Position numbers and translations under genes: made by a program. The notes under the pieces are model-generated. The model made no database searches. It saw nothing but the letters and a program-made list of their open reading frames with translations, and was not told the DNA's origin. A stretch of DNA of 63,989 nt, the filler included, from Craspedostauros australis (taxonomy: Eukaryota): the NCBI GenBank assembly GCA_030167865.1. It is 15 parts of 15 records of this genome, joined end to end, with 100 filler letters (N's around TTAATTAATTAA, not from the genome) between each part and the next. Parts side by side here need not be neighbours in the genome. Positions count along the whole stretch, not along the records: positions 1 to 23,712 come from JALAGF010000802.1; 14 more parts are not named here. One strand, given 5' to 3'. Shown here one piece after another: positions 11,710-23,812 of this stretch (position 1 is the first letter of the stretch; every line of letters starts with the position of its first letter).

Positions 11710-13915
11710 TCAATTTGGCGTCTGAATCTTGGCAACCTTGCGGGTCTTCACCATGACGGCGACGATGTACATGATCTTGTACACTGCACCGATGGCCAGC
11801 AGGGTGGCGATGTCTTGTGCCACATTGTCCTCGGTCTCAATGACAGGGAAGACCTTGCCGATCTCCTCCAATGCCTCATCGCTCGTCAAGCCGTCGCTGA
11901 AGGTGGTGTCTTGGAAGACGGTGTACATAGTGCTGCGGATGTAGTACGCGTATGGCATGATGTAGTAGAAGAGCTTCAATGGCCAGTAGAGGTCGGACTC
12001 TGGGATGAGGAATCCACCGAACAGGAAACTGCCGAACCAGAAGTTCATGAACTGGAGCATGCCGATGATTGGATCATCGAACAGCACGGACAGCGCTTCG
12101 GCAACGCTCTCGAAGACGAACATGAGTGAGGCATAGAGGATGACGTGGATGCCGAATGCCTCCCATGGCATATCCTGAATGAGGTATCCTGGAATCAGAA
12201 GGGAGAAGAACGCAAAGATGATGAAGATTGGTAGCACAAGCATGGACTTGGCGAAGACGTAGGTACCGGCGGAGACCATTCCGTTCTGCGATTCACGTTG
12301 GATGGACTTGAACTCGTCGTTGAGTGCGTAAACGGCCACGACTCCCACTGTTGTTGTTGAAGGCGTATGCCAATTGTTGTGGCAACGGTGATGAAGAGAC
12401 GACAAGAGGAATGCTTGGTGAGCGAAACGTTGGTTTCAATGGAGTTGATCAATCAGCAGGCAGTCATCGTCCCATCTATCTGTTCAACGTATTGCTGTAC
12501 TTACTGTTGGTTGGAACGGAGGCGATCCAAAGCTGGATCCACATCTTGCTGTACAGCTGGTCAAAGTCGTTGTCGCGGGCGTTCCAGTACACGAATGCGA
12601 AGACCATGCACATGACGAGGAAGATCAAGCAACGACCAAGGTAGAGTATGGGGTCGCGGGTGATGAGCCAGAAGTGACGCTTGAACATGATGCCCACCTC
12701 GACCGAGAAGGATGCGCCCTTGATCTTCTCGACGCCCACGGCTTCGTCGTCATCGTCATCGGCGAATTCCGTTCCGTGGGTAGATCCTCCGTGCGACGAA
12801 GCGTTCTTGGCCTTGTGCTGATCCCACAGATTGAGGATGTTCTCGACTTCTTCCTCACCGGAGAAATCAGAGTTGACCAGGTCAAGGAAGTGCTCGGCCG
12901 GGTTGGTTGCATCTGGAAGAGGGTATCCGATGCGGTCGAAGTATGGTGCGGCTTTGTCGGCATCGCCAGAAAAGGCCTGACGACCGCGGCTCATGATCAT
13001 GACTTGATCGAATCCATTGTACACCTTGGTGGATGGCTGATGGATGGTACACACGATGATTATGTTCTCAGCCTTGGCAACACGAGAGATCTCCTGCATG
13101 ATGTTGGATGCCGCAGCTGCATCCAATCCACTGGTGGGTTCGTCAAGGAAGAGGAGGGTTGGTTGCTTGAGGAGAGCGACGGCGATGCTCAGACGTCTCT
13201 TCTGTCCACCGCTGAGGCGTGCGCAACGCGTGTCGGCGCAGACGTTGAGACCCATCTTCTCGATGATGCGATCGGCGATCTCGGGGATCGTCTGCGGGGT
13301 TCCAACATCGTACAGCCCGGCGGCGTAGATCAAGCTCTCACGCGTTGTGAGGTAAGGCCAATGCTTGTCGTGCTGCTTGACAACTGTAGGCAATTCATTC
13401 ATCGGTTGGTCGATTGGGTGGGGCGTGGCAAACACGGTCGACGGAATTGAAAAGTGCAGAAGTAGAAGCAGGGTGAGAGGACAAGATATCGAGTTGCAGG
13501 AAGGCATGGTACTGTGTCGCTGCAAATCATTCATGCACTTACCGAAGCAATGCTTCTTGAAGATCTTGCCAGACAATGGCAGACCGTTGAGGGTAACAGA
13601 TCCAGATGGCTCGCCGTAGAAGGCATCCAATGTCAATGCGTTGATCAACGTGGTCTTTCCTGCTCCGGAAGGTCCCATGATGGCCAGCACCCGCCCGTGC
13701 TTGACCTTGCCGCTGACATTCTCGAGGATGTGCTTCTTCTTGTCGCCGCTCCCGACGACGAAGTTGACATCGCGGAACTTGAAGACGGAGGACTCCATGA
13801 GGGTGGTGGCGTTCCCCTTGGATCGCCCCATGTCGGATGCCTTGGTCTCGTTGTCGGCATCGACCTCGGTGGGCACGCCCACTTCGACGTCGTCGTTGTT
13901 TGCTGTGGAAGTCAT
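11710..13915 (-). CDS. ABCG (White-like) half transporter, 3 exons: 13915-13543, 13383-12505, 12347-11710
   Basis: Walker A GPSGAGKTT, signature LSGGQKRR, Walker B LFLDEPTSGLD, CTIHQP, NPAEHFLD and C-terminal TM helices. GTAAG...CAG introns at 13542-13384 and 12504-12348 restore the frame. Confidence 0.95.
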
Positions 13916-14833
13916 GTTGGCCGTTGTTTTGCGTGTTTTGCTCGTGTTGGTTTCGAATACTTTCGATTGCTTTGGTCGGTGCGAGTCGATGTGTTGGTGG
14001 ATGCTTGTTGCTTGGTTGCTTGATTGCTGGATGTTTCAAATTATGAGCTGATGGTGGAGTGGAGATCTCTCGGCGTGTGTTTGCACCTTGCACCTTACGT
14101 GCTGTCGTGTGTGTTGTTGTTTGCATCGTATGATGCTTCCTTGCGTGATGGTCGCCACATTTTTGTTGGTGGTGGTGGTATCGTTCATGATGGTGGTGAC
14201 ATGCGTGAAGGTATCCTGCAACGATCGTGGGAGAAAATATGGAGGCGGTTGCCTCATGTTCTCGGAATTGGAGTCAGAGGCGGAGTCCAAAGCAAACACT
14301 TCGGGCAGGCGGGAACAATTGGGAAAGTTAGAGGCGGATCGCATCTTCGAAGCGGAGGCTGATGGCACATCATGTGGTGTCATGTTCGTCAGTTTCGCCA
14401 CGACATGAAGGCGGATCGGATCGATGATGTGCGGAGATGTTCCGACGAATGAGGATGTGATCATGAAGGCGGAAAAATGGTGGCGGTTCTTGGATCAGTT
14501 TGGTGTTCTACAATCCGCCCTCAAAAAGTTGTTGACACCATATTCGTGACTAGATGTATCATGTGGTTCACGAGTTGTGTGATGGCGTAGACTTCAAATT
14601 AACATAGGGTAGATGTATGTGTTGATCTACAGCGCTCGTGTGCCCAAACAGTCGCGAAGGGCCCATCAAGTAGTGCCGACACCGCATCATACGTTTAGAG
14701 TACACGTTAGCAGCATGAATTTTGGAGTCGAGGAGCGGTATCATTCTACTGGAGTTTGCTTCTATCTATATCTGTGTGTGTATGGTTCCAGTACGCACGT
14801 TTGAGTACACGCGGTGAAGCATTCCCGCTCACG

Positions 14834-16570
14834 CTACTCGACGATGTTCCGGCCATTTGATTTGATTACTTCCGCGTACCAATCGCCCGAGTGCTTGGTC
14901 GTTCTTTGGAGCGTGTCGAAATCGACGTACACCATGCCGAACCGGCGTTGATAGCCGAACTCCCACTCGAAGTTATCCATCAAGCTCCATGCGAAGTAGC
15001 CCATCAGTCGGACACCCATCTGCTTCGCTTCGCGCGCTGCGCGGAGGTAGTCTTCGAAGTACTCCTTGCGAAGGACATCGTGCAATGCGCTTTGCAGGTC
15101 CTCCTCGTTCTCCGACGTGCCATTCTCCGTAATGAATATGGCAGGGTCGCCGTATCGTTGCGATATCCACAGCAAGAGGTCGCGACAACCATCGGGGACG
15201 ACGTTCCATCCCATGTAGTTCTGTCTCCATTCGGGCCTGTCTGAGAACTCCACGTTCATGTCTCCCCAGTAGCCGCCGTACGTTGGTTTTTGCTTCGGCA
15301 ATGCAACCACCAACGACGAGTAGTGGTTGAGGCCGATGAAGTCTGGCTTTCCCTGCAGGAGCACAGCTTTGTCCGCGTCGGAGAATACAGGTAACTGCCC
15401 CGCGAGTATGTCCTTCATTGCTTGTGGATAATCGCCAAAGTAGAATGGGTCCGTGAACCAGCCCAACTGGAAGAGTATTGCGCGCTCCGCGGCGTCGATG
15501 TCGCCTTGGCTATCGCTTGCGGGGTATCGGAAGTCGCCACTGTTGGATATCCCGATGATCCCGCCTTGCTCCGATTGGAACTGGGTCTTGTAGAGAATGG
15601 CTGCCCTGGCATGCGCCAGGATCAAGTGATGACCAGCAACGTAGGTTGCGAATGGCACGGTGTCGCTTTCGCCTGGCGCCTTCGTGCCACCCGTGTAGCC
15701 GGGCACGGCCACCGTCCATGCCTCGTTGATGGTGACCCAATGCTTCACGCGGTCGCCAAATGCGTCAAAGCAAACCTGTGCGTAGTTTACGAAATCGGCA
15801 ACGATGCGTTCGTCGAGCCAACCGCCGTACTCATCTTGCAGGCCCTGCGGAAGGTCCCAATGGTACAGCGTGATCCATGGCTCGATGCCGTGCTGCAGCA
15901 GCAGGTTGATGATGCTGTTGTAAAAGGCGATCCCATCCTGGTTTACGGCGCCCTTGCCCGTGGGAAGGATCCTCGACCAGGCGATGGAGAAGCGGTAAGC
16001 CTTGACGCCCATCTCGGCCATCAATCGGATGTCCTGCTCGTGCAGATGGTAGTGATCGCATGCAACATCGCCCGAGCTGTGATCGAGAATATGATTGGCA
16101 TTGTCATGCGTGAAGGTGTCCCAAATCGTCGTGCCGCGACCACCCTCGTTGACGCCGCCCTCGATTTGGTAGCTGGATGTGCCAACGCCCCATACGAAGT
16201 CCTCACCGAATTCTGGTGGTTCGGCATTGCTCAGGTCGCCGAAGATAGTCAACGGTGATGACAATGACGAGGAGAAGTATGACGCTATAGCGATGGCTGC
16301 AATGACGATCACGATTATTGCCACCGCATACCTCGTGCAATGTCGGTTGGGTCTTCTCCTTGTACCCGTAGCATCTCCTATTCCTGACGACGATGGCAAC
16401 GACAGTTCTAATGGAGGGTGCTCGCTTGCGTTTTTGGTGTTGATGACTGACAGCTGTCGTGGATCGCTGACGTATTCACCGTGCGCGGTGGCAGGTGTCA
16501 ACAACTCCGTCGTTTCGCCGGGTTGCTGCTGCCGCTCACGTTCATCTCTCATGTCCAGAGTAACCATCAT
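14834..16570 (-). CDS. Glycoside hydrolase family 1 beta-glucosidase with N-terminal membrane anchor
   Basis: FVWGVGTSSYQIEG, YRFSIAWSRILP, TLYHWDLP, TINEA (acid/base Glu), ITENG (nucleophile), AWSLMDNFEW. TM segment YAVAIIVIVIAAIAIASYF. Start taken as the ATG ATG at 16570 after a CA-rich leader. Confidence 0.95.
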   Translation of the reverse strand: MMVTLDMRDERERQQQPGETTELLTPATAHGEYVSDPRQLSVINTKNASEHPPLELSLPSSSGIGDATGTRRRPNRHCTRYAVAIIVIVIAAIAIASYFSSSLSSPLTIFGDLSNAEPPEFGEDFVWGVGTSSYQIEGGVNEGGRGTTIWDTFTHDNANHILDHSSGDVACDHYHLHEQDIRLMAEMGVKAYRFSIAWSRILPTGKGAVNQDGIAFYNSIINLLLQHGIEPWITLYHWDLPQGLQDEYGGWLDERIVADFVNYAQVCFDAFGDRVKHWVTINEAWTVAVPGYTGGTKAPGESDTVPFATYVAGHHLILAHARAAILYKTQFQSEQGGIIGISNSGDFRYPASDSQGDIDAAERAILFQLGWFTDPFYFGDYPQAMKDILAGQLPVFSDADKAVLLQGKPDFIGLNHYSSLVVALPKQKPTYGGYWGDMNVEFSDRPEWRQNYMGWNVVPDGCRDLLLWISQRYGDPAIFITENGTSENEEDLQSALHDVLRKEYFEDYLRAAREAKQMGVRLMGYFAWSLMDNFEWEFGYQRRFGMVYVDFDTLQRTTKHSGDWYAEVIKSNGRNIVE

Positions 16571-17180
16571 CCACGAAAGCGGGAAGGGAGATGTTGCGAT
16601 GTTGTGTGTTGTGTGTTGTTGTGCTGTGTTGTTGTGCTGTGTTGTGTTGTCTTTGTGCTCTGGTCTGACAATCATAACACGAGCAGAGTGGTTGGTGGAA
16701 ACTGTTGGGTGGTTTTGTGTGGCAAGGAGGATCGTTGTTGTTTCATTTGGACGGCTCTCGGCGAAATTGTTCACGTTCCGATCCCACCGTGTTGAAGTTG
16801 TGACCTCGTGTGAACTGGTTCTCCCTCTTTCTCCAGTACGAGATCTGTGGTACCAATACGCAGCCCGTCGCAAAGGGAGACATCGCAGCGTGCCGCACTG
16901 CATCCGCAAGTGCTCCTGCCATACGAGCTCGTCGATCAGTAGGCTACGCGTGCTACTACTATGCTCTATTGTCCTCAATTTTATGATCAGTTCACGGCAA
17001 GTTACGAATATTGAGGCGTTTATTGTTTGAAACGACAGCCCACCCAATGATCAAACGAATCGATACTGTTGACGCCATCGCTCAAGTCTCCCGGCATGCC
17101 CAAGGATAAGACCTGCTCTACTTGCATCGCCATCAACGTATCTTTCGATTCCATACCACGAAAAGAGAGATGCACGATCA

Positions 17181-18377
17181 TCATGGTTTCTTCTCATGCT
17201 CTGCATTGTCCTCTTCTGATGATGACACTGATGCTGGCTCTCCTGGTGTTGACTCCGTACTGGGAGGTGTGGCGTATTCGCGAAGTGATTCTGGGAGACC
17301 GCCATCGAGCTTCATCACATCTGCATGACTGCTCGCAACTTTCACGTACTATCGCCGATTGATTGATTGATCGATTGCGCATGGGATCGAAAAGAGGATG
17401 AATGGGAGGTTCCGCCAACGTCATTCATTAATCGTGAGAGAGCATTGCATGATGGTAACCCCTGCATACATTCAGACTTGCATCGAGGAATGAAATTGTA
17501 CAAGTGCGCACCATACGAGCCAAACCGCTCAGTGTAGCAGCAGTAGGGGTATGAAAGAAGTTCAAAATGCAGCAGATCGCAGGATGACAGAACAACCCCA
17601 ACTGGCATAACACAACGCCATCCTCACCTCGCTTGATTGGTAATGTAATCGTTGCCGTTCTTTTGGAGTCAAGTCTCTCAATTTGCGTGCAGGGTTGCCT
17701 ACCCACAGTTCGCCGCTGGAGATCTCCGTGTCCTTGGAGACCACAGCACCCGCAGCGATGAAAGATTCGTCACCGATCTGCACGCCTGGCAGCAGGACCG
17801 AACCCATGCCGATCAAGCAATTGTCGCCGATGGTTGCCGAATCTATCCTCGCCAAGTGTCCCACCGTCACTCCATTGCCAATCTGCGTGTGATTCACCGT
17901 CGCGCTGATGAGGCAGCCGTCCTGTATGTTGGAGTTTTCTCCCACGAAGATGCCACCGCCGATGCTTGTCGTCCTGCCCTTGTCCAGCCGCTTGTCATCC
18001 AGCTCCCACACCTTCTTGGCCTCTTCGTCCGGGAGGATGAAGCTCCTGGCATTCTCGCAATTGTCAGCCCGCAAAATGGCCTTGTAGAAGATGGACGCGC
18101 CGGGTTCGATGCAGACGGACCCGATCATCGTGGCGCATGGGGCGATGAAGGCGGCATCGGGCGACACGATGGGCTTGCCTCTCCACAGCAAGGGCATCTT
18201 CTGACGGTGCCGTGACAGATGGTCCTGGAAGATGATGGGATCGTCACCGATCTCACGCTTCGTTGTCGCCAGCATTTCTCCCTGGATGCCCACGCGGTCC
18301 AGGAATTGGCCCGTCTCTCGGAACGCCCTGCCCAGCGATTCGCGGAGCCTCATCACGATGGTTGGTTTGCGGCTCAT
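17181..18377 (-). CDS. Gamma carbonic anhydrase-like protein (left-handed beta-helix; mitochondrial complex I CA-domain type), 2 exons: 18377-17628, 17348-17181
   Basis: LGRAFRETGQ.LDR.G...LSRHR N-terminus, hexapeptide repeats, NIQD, VTVGH, CLIGMGS, LWVGNPARKLRDL. Intron 17627-17349 (GTGAGG...TAG) gives QSSE|YVKVASSH ending KKP*. Confidence 0.9.
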
Positions 18378-19154
18378 GATGGTGGATTAACTGCTTGGAT
18401 TCGATCAATTGCTTGGATTCGAACAATTGCTTGGATTGATGGATGCAATAGGTGACCACAGAACCGACACTTGCGCTGTGTGGTGATGGTTCACAGTTCT
18501 GGAGATGATGCTGCACGTGCTCTTTGCCTCGTCCAGGACAGCTGGTTGATTGCTTGATTCGATGGTCGTTGCCTTTTTGTTGACTCCTGTTGATTTTGGT
18601 TGCACACAGAAGACCACTGAAGAAAGATGCGGACATCAAGAATCCACGATCGTGGGCGGTCGCTACAACACCACCACCAACACATCATCAACAAAATTGG
18701 AACACGAATCGTGTCGTTGGGTTGGCGGGAATCATAGACTTGCCAGGATAGACGCAACAGTAGGATGGGGCATGTCTGTGGTCGATGAAGAGTCGTGCGA
18801 GTACGGCATATACATACACAATCGCACTTTGCGTGCACATGCTCTCTCTCTCTCTCTCTCCAGAGAGTCCAGGGAGCCACTATGTTGCAACCATTCGGAC
18901 AGCCAACAGCATCAAGCTTGAAAAACTGGCGTTGCATTTGTGATACGCAACACCCCCACCGAAACAGGAAGATCGTACAATAGAAAGTAGCTGTTGGACT
19001 GTTAGTTACTATTGCAATTTACTGTCCAAAGTGTACCAGTGAACTGAGGAAGGAGACATCTTCAAGTCTTGCGTCAACCGCCCATACACTACGTATGACT
19101 ACGTTCCTGCCCGACTGTCAACTTGCTGGCATCAACTCTGGTCTGTGCAGTCCC

Positions 19155-21478
19155 TCATGTTGCTGGCACAGGGTTCGGCTGTTCCAGTGCCTTTCTCGAT
19201 AGCGGCCCAATTCTCGTTTGATGAACCCACACTCCTGCGAGTCTCAGGATGTTGAACACTCCAAAACCGAGCCAGACACCGCTGAGCCCGATCTTTGGCG
19301 GGAAGATGTGCAGCGCGGCCAAGCAACCAGCCGTGGCAATCACCGTGCTGATGGACAGCTGCAGGAAGGACCCGGTTCCCACCATGACACCTTCGCCGAT
19401 GAACACAAGACCGTTGATGATTTGCAGCACGCTGGCGATGATGGCCGGTGCCTTGGCCGCGTCGCGGACCTCCAAGATTGGCGTGGATTTTTGTATCGCC
19501 GGCAGCAACAGTAGCTGGAAGGATCCGAGGATGATGCCCAGCAAGAATCCCCAGCTCATCATGCGGTTCACTGTGGCCTTGGCGTACTTCAAGCCTCCGA
19601 CCTTCTTGCCAGACTTTTCGTCGACCTTCTCAACCATGGCGTTCGGGACGACGATCTGGGCGACGGTGGATAGCGCGAGCAGCACGATGCCGCCGATTTG
19701 GAATGTCTGCACTGCCATGGCATGCGCGGCCGCCGCCACACCTGTCTGATCGATGGATTGCGTGACGCGCGCCACCATGAGGAAAGTGAGGTTGAGCGCC
19801 AGGTTTCGCAGCTGCAATGCGGCTCCGCCCTTGAGCAAGGGTGATAGCGACGACCATCTCGGCAGCTTAGCGATCTTCCTCCAGCGAATCAAATTGCGTT
19901 TGCGTAGCAGGGTGAGAAAAACGACGGCCGAGATGACTTCTGCCGCGAGCGTGGCCATCGCGGCACCTGGAACTCCCATGGCGAAGGAGAAGATGAGGAT
20001 GGGATCGAGGACTGCGTTGAAAACATTTGCGAATGCACTGATCTTGACGGGAGTTGCCGTGTCCAGGATACCTGTGAGGCCATGACGGGGTACGCAGCAT
20101 CGAGCATTCACGTATCACATGTTGAACAAGTGGCGAGCAAGGAAAGGAAAAGAACGGTGGATGAGATCAGAGAGGAAGGCATGGAAGACGACCACGGGTG
20201 CTCAATTGTACCGTACATGACTGGACCAGATTTGCCAAGAAATGGTGAATCGAGTCAGCAACCGAGCACCAAAAGAAGATGACGGAGAAAAACGTACCTC
20301 GGAATGCAGAAAAGCCGACCAAAGACATCAAAGAAGGAAGGAAAGCGAAGGCGCGGATCAACAGGTACGGCTTGGCATATGCCAACGCGGGCGCTGATTC
20401 AGATAGTACAGCACTGAGCGCCTTTTCCGGATAGAGGAGCATCAATACTGTTCCGATAACGGAAATGATGAGGCCCAGGAAGATGGCTTGGCAGACTGCA
20501 TCCTGCGTTCCCTCAACGTCACCTGCAGCATTCTTCTTTGAAACCAGTGTTGCGGTGACTGCGGTTTGCAGTGCATTCGTGAGCGTTGGGAAACGAGTTG
20601 TAGAAGGAATGCTCGAGAGTAGAGTGTCGAAAAGAGCAATGGTTGAGTGCTGAGGTTCATTGAAGACAGATCAGCAGGCAAGCATCGATTGGTATCGAGG
20701 TTTGGCGCATTGAACTTGTGATGTCTCGTCATGCCACATGTTGCAATACCAGACCTTGCATTCCGTGAGGTGGTGTACGCTCCCCTCATTTTCACTGCTC
20801 TGCATGGCACTGTCTCCCATTTCATCCCATTTGCTCCAATTGTATCCTTCGATGAATCGTCCAATCAAAATACCAGTCGCAACACTCACCGCTGGGAAGA
20901 AAGGAGATGCACCAAAAGGCCGAACTGAAGACCTGATTGGCGGCCGACTGTCCAGCAATTGCCAGTGCATTGCCCATCCGATTGACCCAGAACAAATCCA
21001 CGGCGCCGATCAAAGGGTTGATGGCGAAGTTGGCAATGACGGGCAACGAGATCTTGATCAACGCCTTGTCCATCTCATCGAAACAAGGCCAGGTGGATGG
21101 CTGCGGGTTAGTCGATAGCAGGAACGGCGACGCCGATGATGATCCACCCTTGGTTGACAGGGAGGCGTCTGTTTGATTGTTGGAGACTCCACCGTCGCTG
21201 CTCACTTCATCGGCAGTGTCGCCTTCGCCGTCCTGTGCACGCAATGCTGCAAGATGTTGTTTTCTTCTCCACCTCTGTCGGTAGCTGTTGACGTCAATGT
21301 TGGCACTGGCATAATCGTTGACGTAAATGCCGTTGCTGTTGCTCGTGGTCGAGAAGAGCACCGCTCGAGTGCCGGACTTTTTGCGATTGTGATGCCCGGC
21401 AAAGCATTTGACGTCGACTGTGGTCAGCAGCAGGATCCACAGATTGAGCAGGCATCGTCTGGGTGGAATGGGAGACAT
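19155..21478 (-). CDS. MATE (DinF-like) efflux transporter, predicted plastid-targeted, 3 exons: 21478-20890, 20558-20298, 20071-19155
   Basis: PLIGAVDLFWV..G..ALA, YLLIRA, FRG|ILDTATP, NAVLDPILIF..MGVPGAAMAT and multiple TM segments. Signal peptide ends VKC-F. Two phase-1 GT-AG introns keep the frame. Confidence 0.9.
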
Positions 21479-22328
21479 CTTTGTAAACGGTGTGCTTTGT
21501 GGAACGAGTGATCGGTCTATCAACCCTGTTTGGTTGGGTGCAGTTCGGTTCGGCGCGTTTTTTCTGCGGAAGCGTTGCTTTGCTCTGCTGTGATGAGATG
21601 GGATGTGAATTGGTGATGCCAATAAATCGCCCTTGATGGCCCTTCTTCTGACGTCTCCTGTTACTCTATTGATACTGCGGCAGCACTCTCTCCTTCTCTT
21701 TGGCGAACACCTGGGTTGGCCTCTTGTGCCAATGTGTCCAAAACGATGCGTTGTCAAGAAAGGAATCTCTCGCAACAGCACCAAATAATGATCGAATCGA
21801 AGTATGGTTGTGGGTACATGCACATGCGCAGACGTTGGATCGGTTTTGGTGAGGTCGGCCACTGATTTGGTGGGTGGCACCACACACAGCAGATGTCAGG
21901 AGCTGTGATGTGGTGGCAGTCGCTTCTTTCTGTCACTCTCATTCATCCACTCGTTTGGTGGAATGCGTTGGCATTCGTGTGACGCGTTGGATTTGTCGCG
22001 CAACACAATCGACTCATCTGACTATGATACGTGCATTCGTACTCGTGTAGAATGCCGCCAAGTGTAGAGCTCTGCGGTGGATGCCTGTTGCGCCTGAGCT
22101 TCTGCTTTCCCATTGGTGTGTACAACCTGCCCCATCGGCTCAAATGGATGTGCTGTTGCCGACGCATGGACAAAATAGGAAAAGCGTTCCTTTCAATCAT
22201 GTTGAAGTCACTGGCAAGGGGAGACTATTATGATAATATGATAGATGATATTGAATTTGTGGGTTGCCACTTGCCCGCCACCACACCACCAATGAGCTAC
22301 CATGCTCATTGAGCCGTCTCCGTTGCTC

Positions 22329-23447
22329 CTAGTACCCCTCCAAGCGCTCGCGGGTGAAAGCTTGAGCACGCTGTGCGTCTCCTGGGTTGCGCTTCATGCT
22401 TGGAATGATCTGGACGCAGTTCTCCGACAAGTCTCCATCCATCGTCCATGCGAGTTCGGTTCCTGCGAAGCCGAACAAAACCTTCAGCTCATACTTTTCC
22501 ATTGGTTGCAACTCTTCCTCACCATCGCAGTAGCCACGAAGGAAGTCAGACATCTCCTTTCCCAGAGCCGAATTGTTGTGGATGGTCGTCTTGATGAAGT
22601 TCGGGAGGTCGTTTGCGTCGTCGACCGCCAGGATGATCTTGATGGGCTCCTTCTTGGATGGATTTGCTTTCATTGACTCCGACCAAGCCACCGGGCTGAT
22701 ATCCATGGAGTGGATGAAGTCGATGGTTTTCTCCAGGACAGGAAAGTGATCTACTACCAATGCCACAATCTGACTCTTGAGAGCGGCCCGGGCCTCTTCC
22801 ATGCACTTGTCCATGTTGCTTTCATGGAAAGCGCAAATGTCATCCTTGATGTCCAACAGCAAGGTCAATGCACCTTTTCTGATGTACGCACTCGAGACCA
22901 GGTCGGTTGTTTTGCCAGATCCCTCTTCCGTGCAGTAGACGAAGACTTTGTCCGCATCAGATGGATCATGGGCTGGTGAGACTTCGACTTCGATGATCTT
23001 CTTTGGATCGTGCGCAATTGGACGGAAATCCTCACCAGCAAAGAAGAACCCAGGCTTGCCCTGTCGGTCGCACAGGAAGGTCGATACTCGTGCGCTCTTA
23101 TTGCGGTATGCGAGGTCTGACAACAACGGGTAGAATATCTTGATGGTGTCGCCCAGAAAGTGGTAGCAACCCTTTTCAAGTACACGGATGTTCTTGTCAT
23201 GCTTCGGTTTGGGGTTTGGCTCGCCCTCGTCTGGGCTGCTGGTGCTGTCCGTGCTCATGTTGAGGGTGCGGAATGCCGGTGGGGATGAATGCACGCTGAG
23301 GCACGAGTGTGCCGATGGTGACGGTGTTGTGAATGCTGCCACCTGGGTCGATGCTGAGGCAAGGAGGAGGAGAGCTACGAACTTCACTGGTCTTCTACCG
23401 ACTGATGGTGAACGCATCATCTTGGTTGGGAGAAGACGGATCATCAT
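22329..23447 (-). CDS. Hypothetical protein with a bipartite plastid-like presequence and a divergent P-loop NTPase domain
   Basis: FVALLLLASASTQVAA-FT followed by an S/P-rich transit-like stretch. EGSGKTT after a hydrophobic strand, IILAVDD Walker-B-like motif, VLFGFAGT. Confidence 0.55.
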   Translation of the reverse strand: MMIRLLPTKMMRSPSVGRRPVKFVALLLLASASTQVAAFTTPSPSAHSCLSVHSSPPAFRTLNMSTDSTSSPDEGEPNPKPKHDKNIRVLEKGCYHFLGDTIKIFYPLLSDLAYRNKSARVSTFLCDRQGKPGFFFAGEDFRPIAHDPKKIIEVEVSPAHDPSDADKVFVYCTEEGSGKTTDLVSSAYIRKGALTLLLDIKDDICAFHESNMDKCMEEARAALKSQIVALVVDHFPVLEKTIDFIHSMDISPVAWSESMKANPSKKEPIKIILAVDDANDLPNFIKTTIHNNSALGKEMSDFLRGYCDGEEELQPMEKYELKVLFGFAGTELAWTMDGDLSENCVQIIPSMKRNPGDAQRAQAFTRERLEGY

Positions 23448-23712
23448 GCTTTCCGTTGGATGGTGGGTCGGGTCCTCCTTCTATCTTGGTCGGGATATGG
23501 CCGTGTTGATCCTTCTTGATAGAGTACTTGCACTCACCAAGCTTGCTGAATGGGTCGATCACTCGGTGTGCAAGGTTGCGATTAATCTCTTTTTTATGAG
23601 GAACCAACTTCTCTCCTCCACATGATGGTGCTTTGTCCACGTTCATTCCAGCTTCCAGTGTGACACCAGACGAGATTGGTGCTCTTGATTGACGTCCCAA
23701 CAAAACCCCAAA

Positions 23713-23812
23713 NNNNNNNNNNNNNNNNNNNNNNNNNNNNNNNNNNNNNNNNNNNNTTAATTAATTAANNNNNNNNNNNNNNNNNNNNNNNNNNNNNNNN
23801 NNNNNNNNNNNN
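23713..23812. other. Artificial contig-join spacer N44-TTAATTAATTAA-N44 (first of 14; linker cores start at 23757, 40845, 42573, 43965, 45903, 47697, 50795, 52119, 54253, 57048, 58404, 59632, 61005, 62930)
   Basis: The same 100-nt construct recurs, with a palindromic six-frame stop linker. Confidence 0.99.

Noticed and set aside
13384..13542. 53-aa 'insertion' in the ABCG nucleotide-binding domain
   Set aside because: Bounded by GTAAGT...CAG: a stop-free 159-nt intron.
16571..17047. N-terminal extension of the GH1 ORF
   Set aside because: Non-ATG ORF start and CA-rich leader composition; more likely 5' UTR or promoter.
18391..18440. 18-bp tandem repeat (TGCTTGGATTCGA.CAAT, about 2.5 copies) before the gamma-CA ATG
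   Set aside because: Short local minisatellite with no evidence of function.
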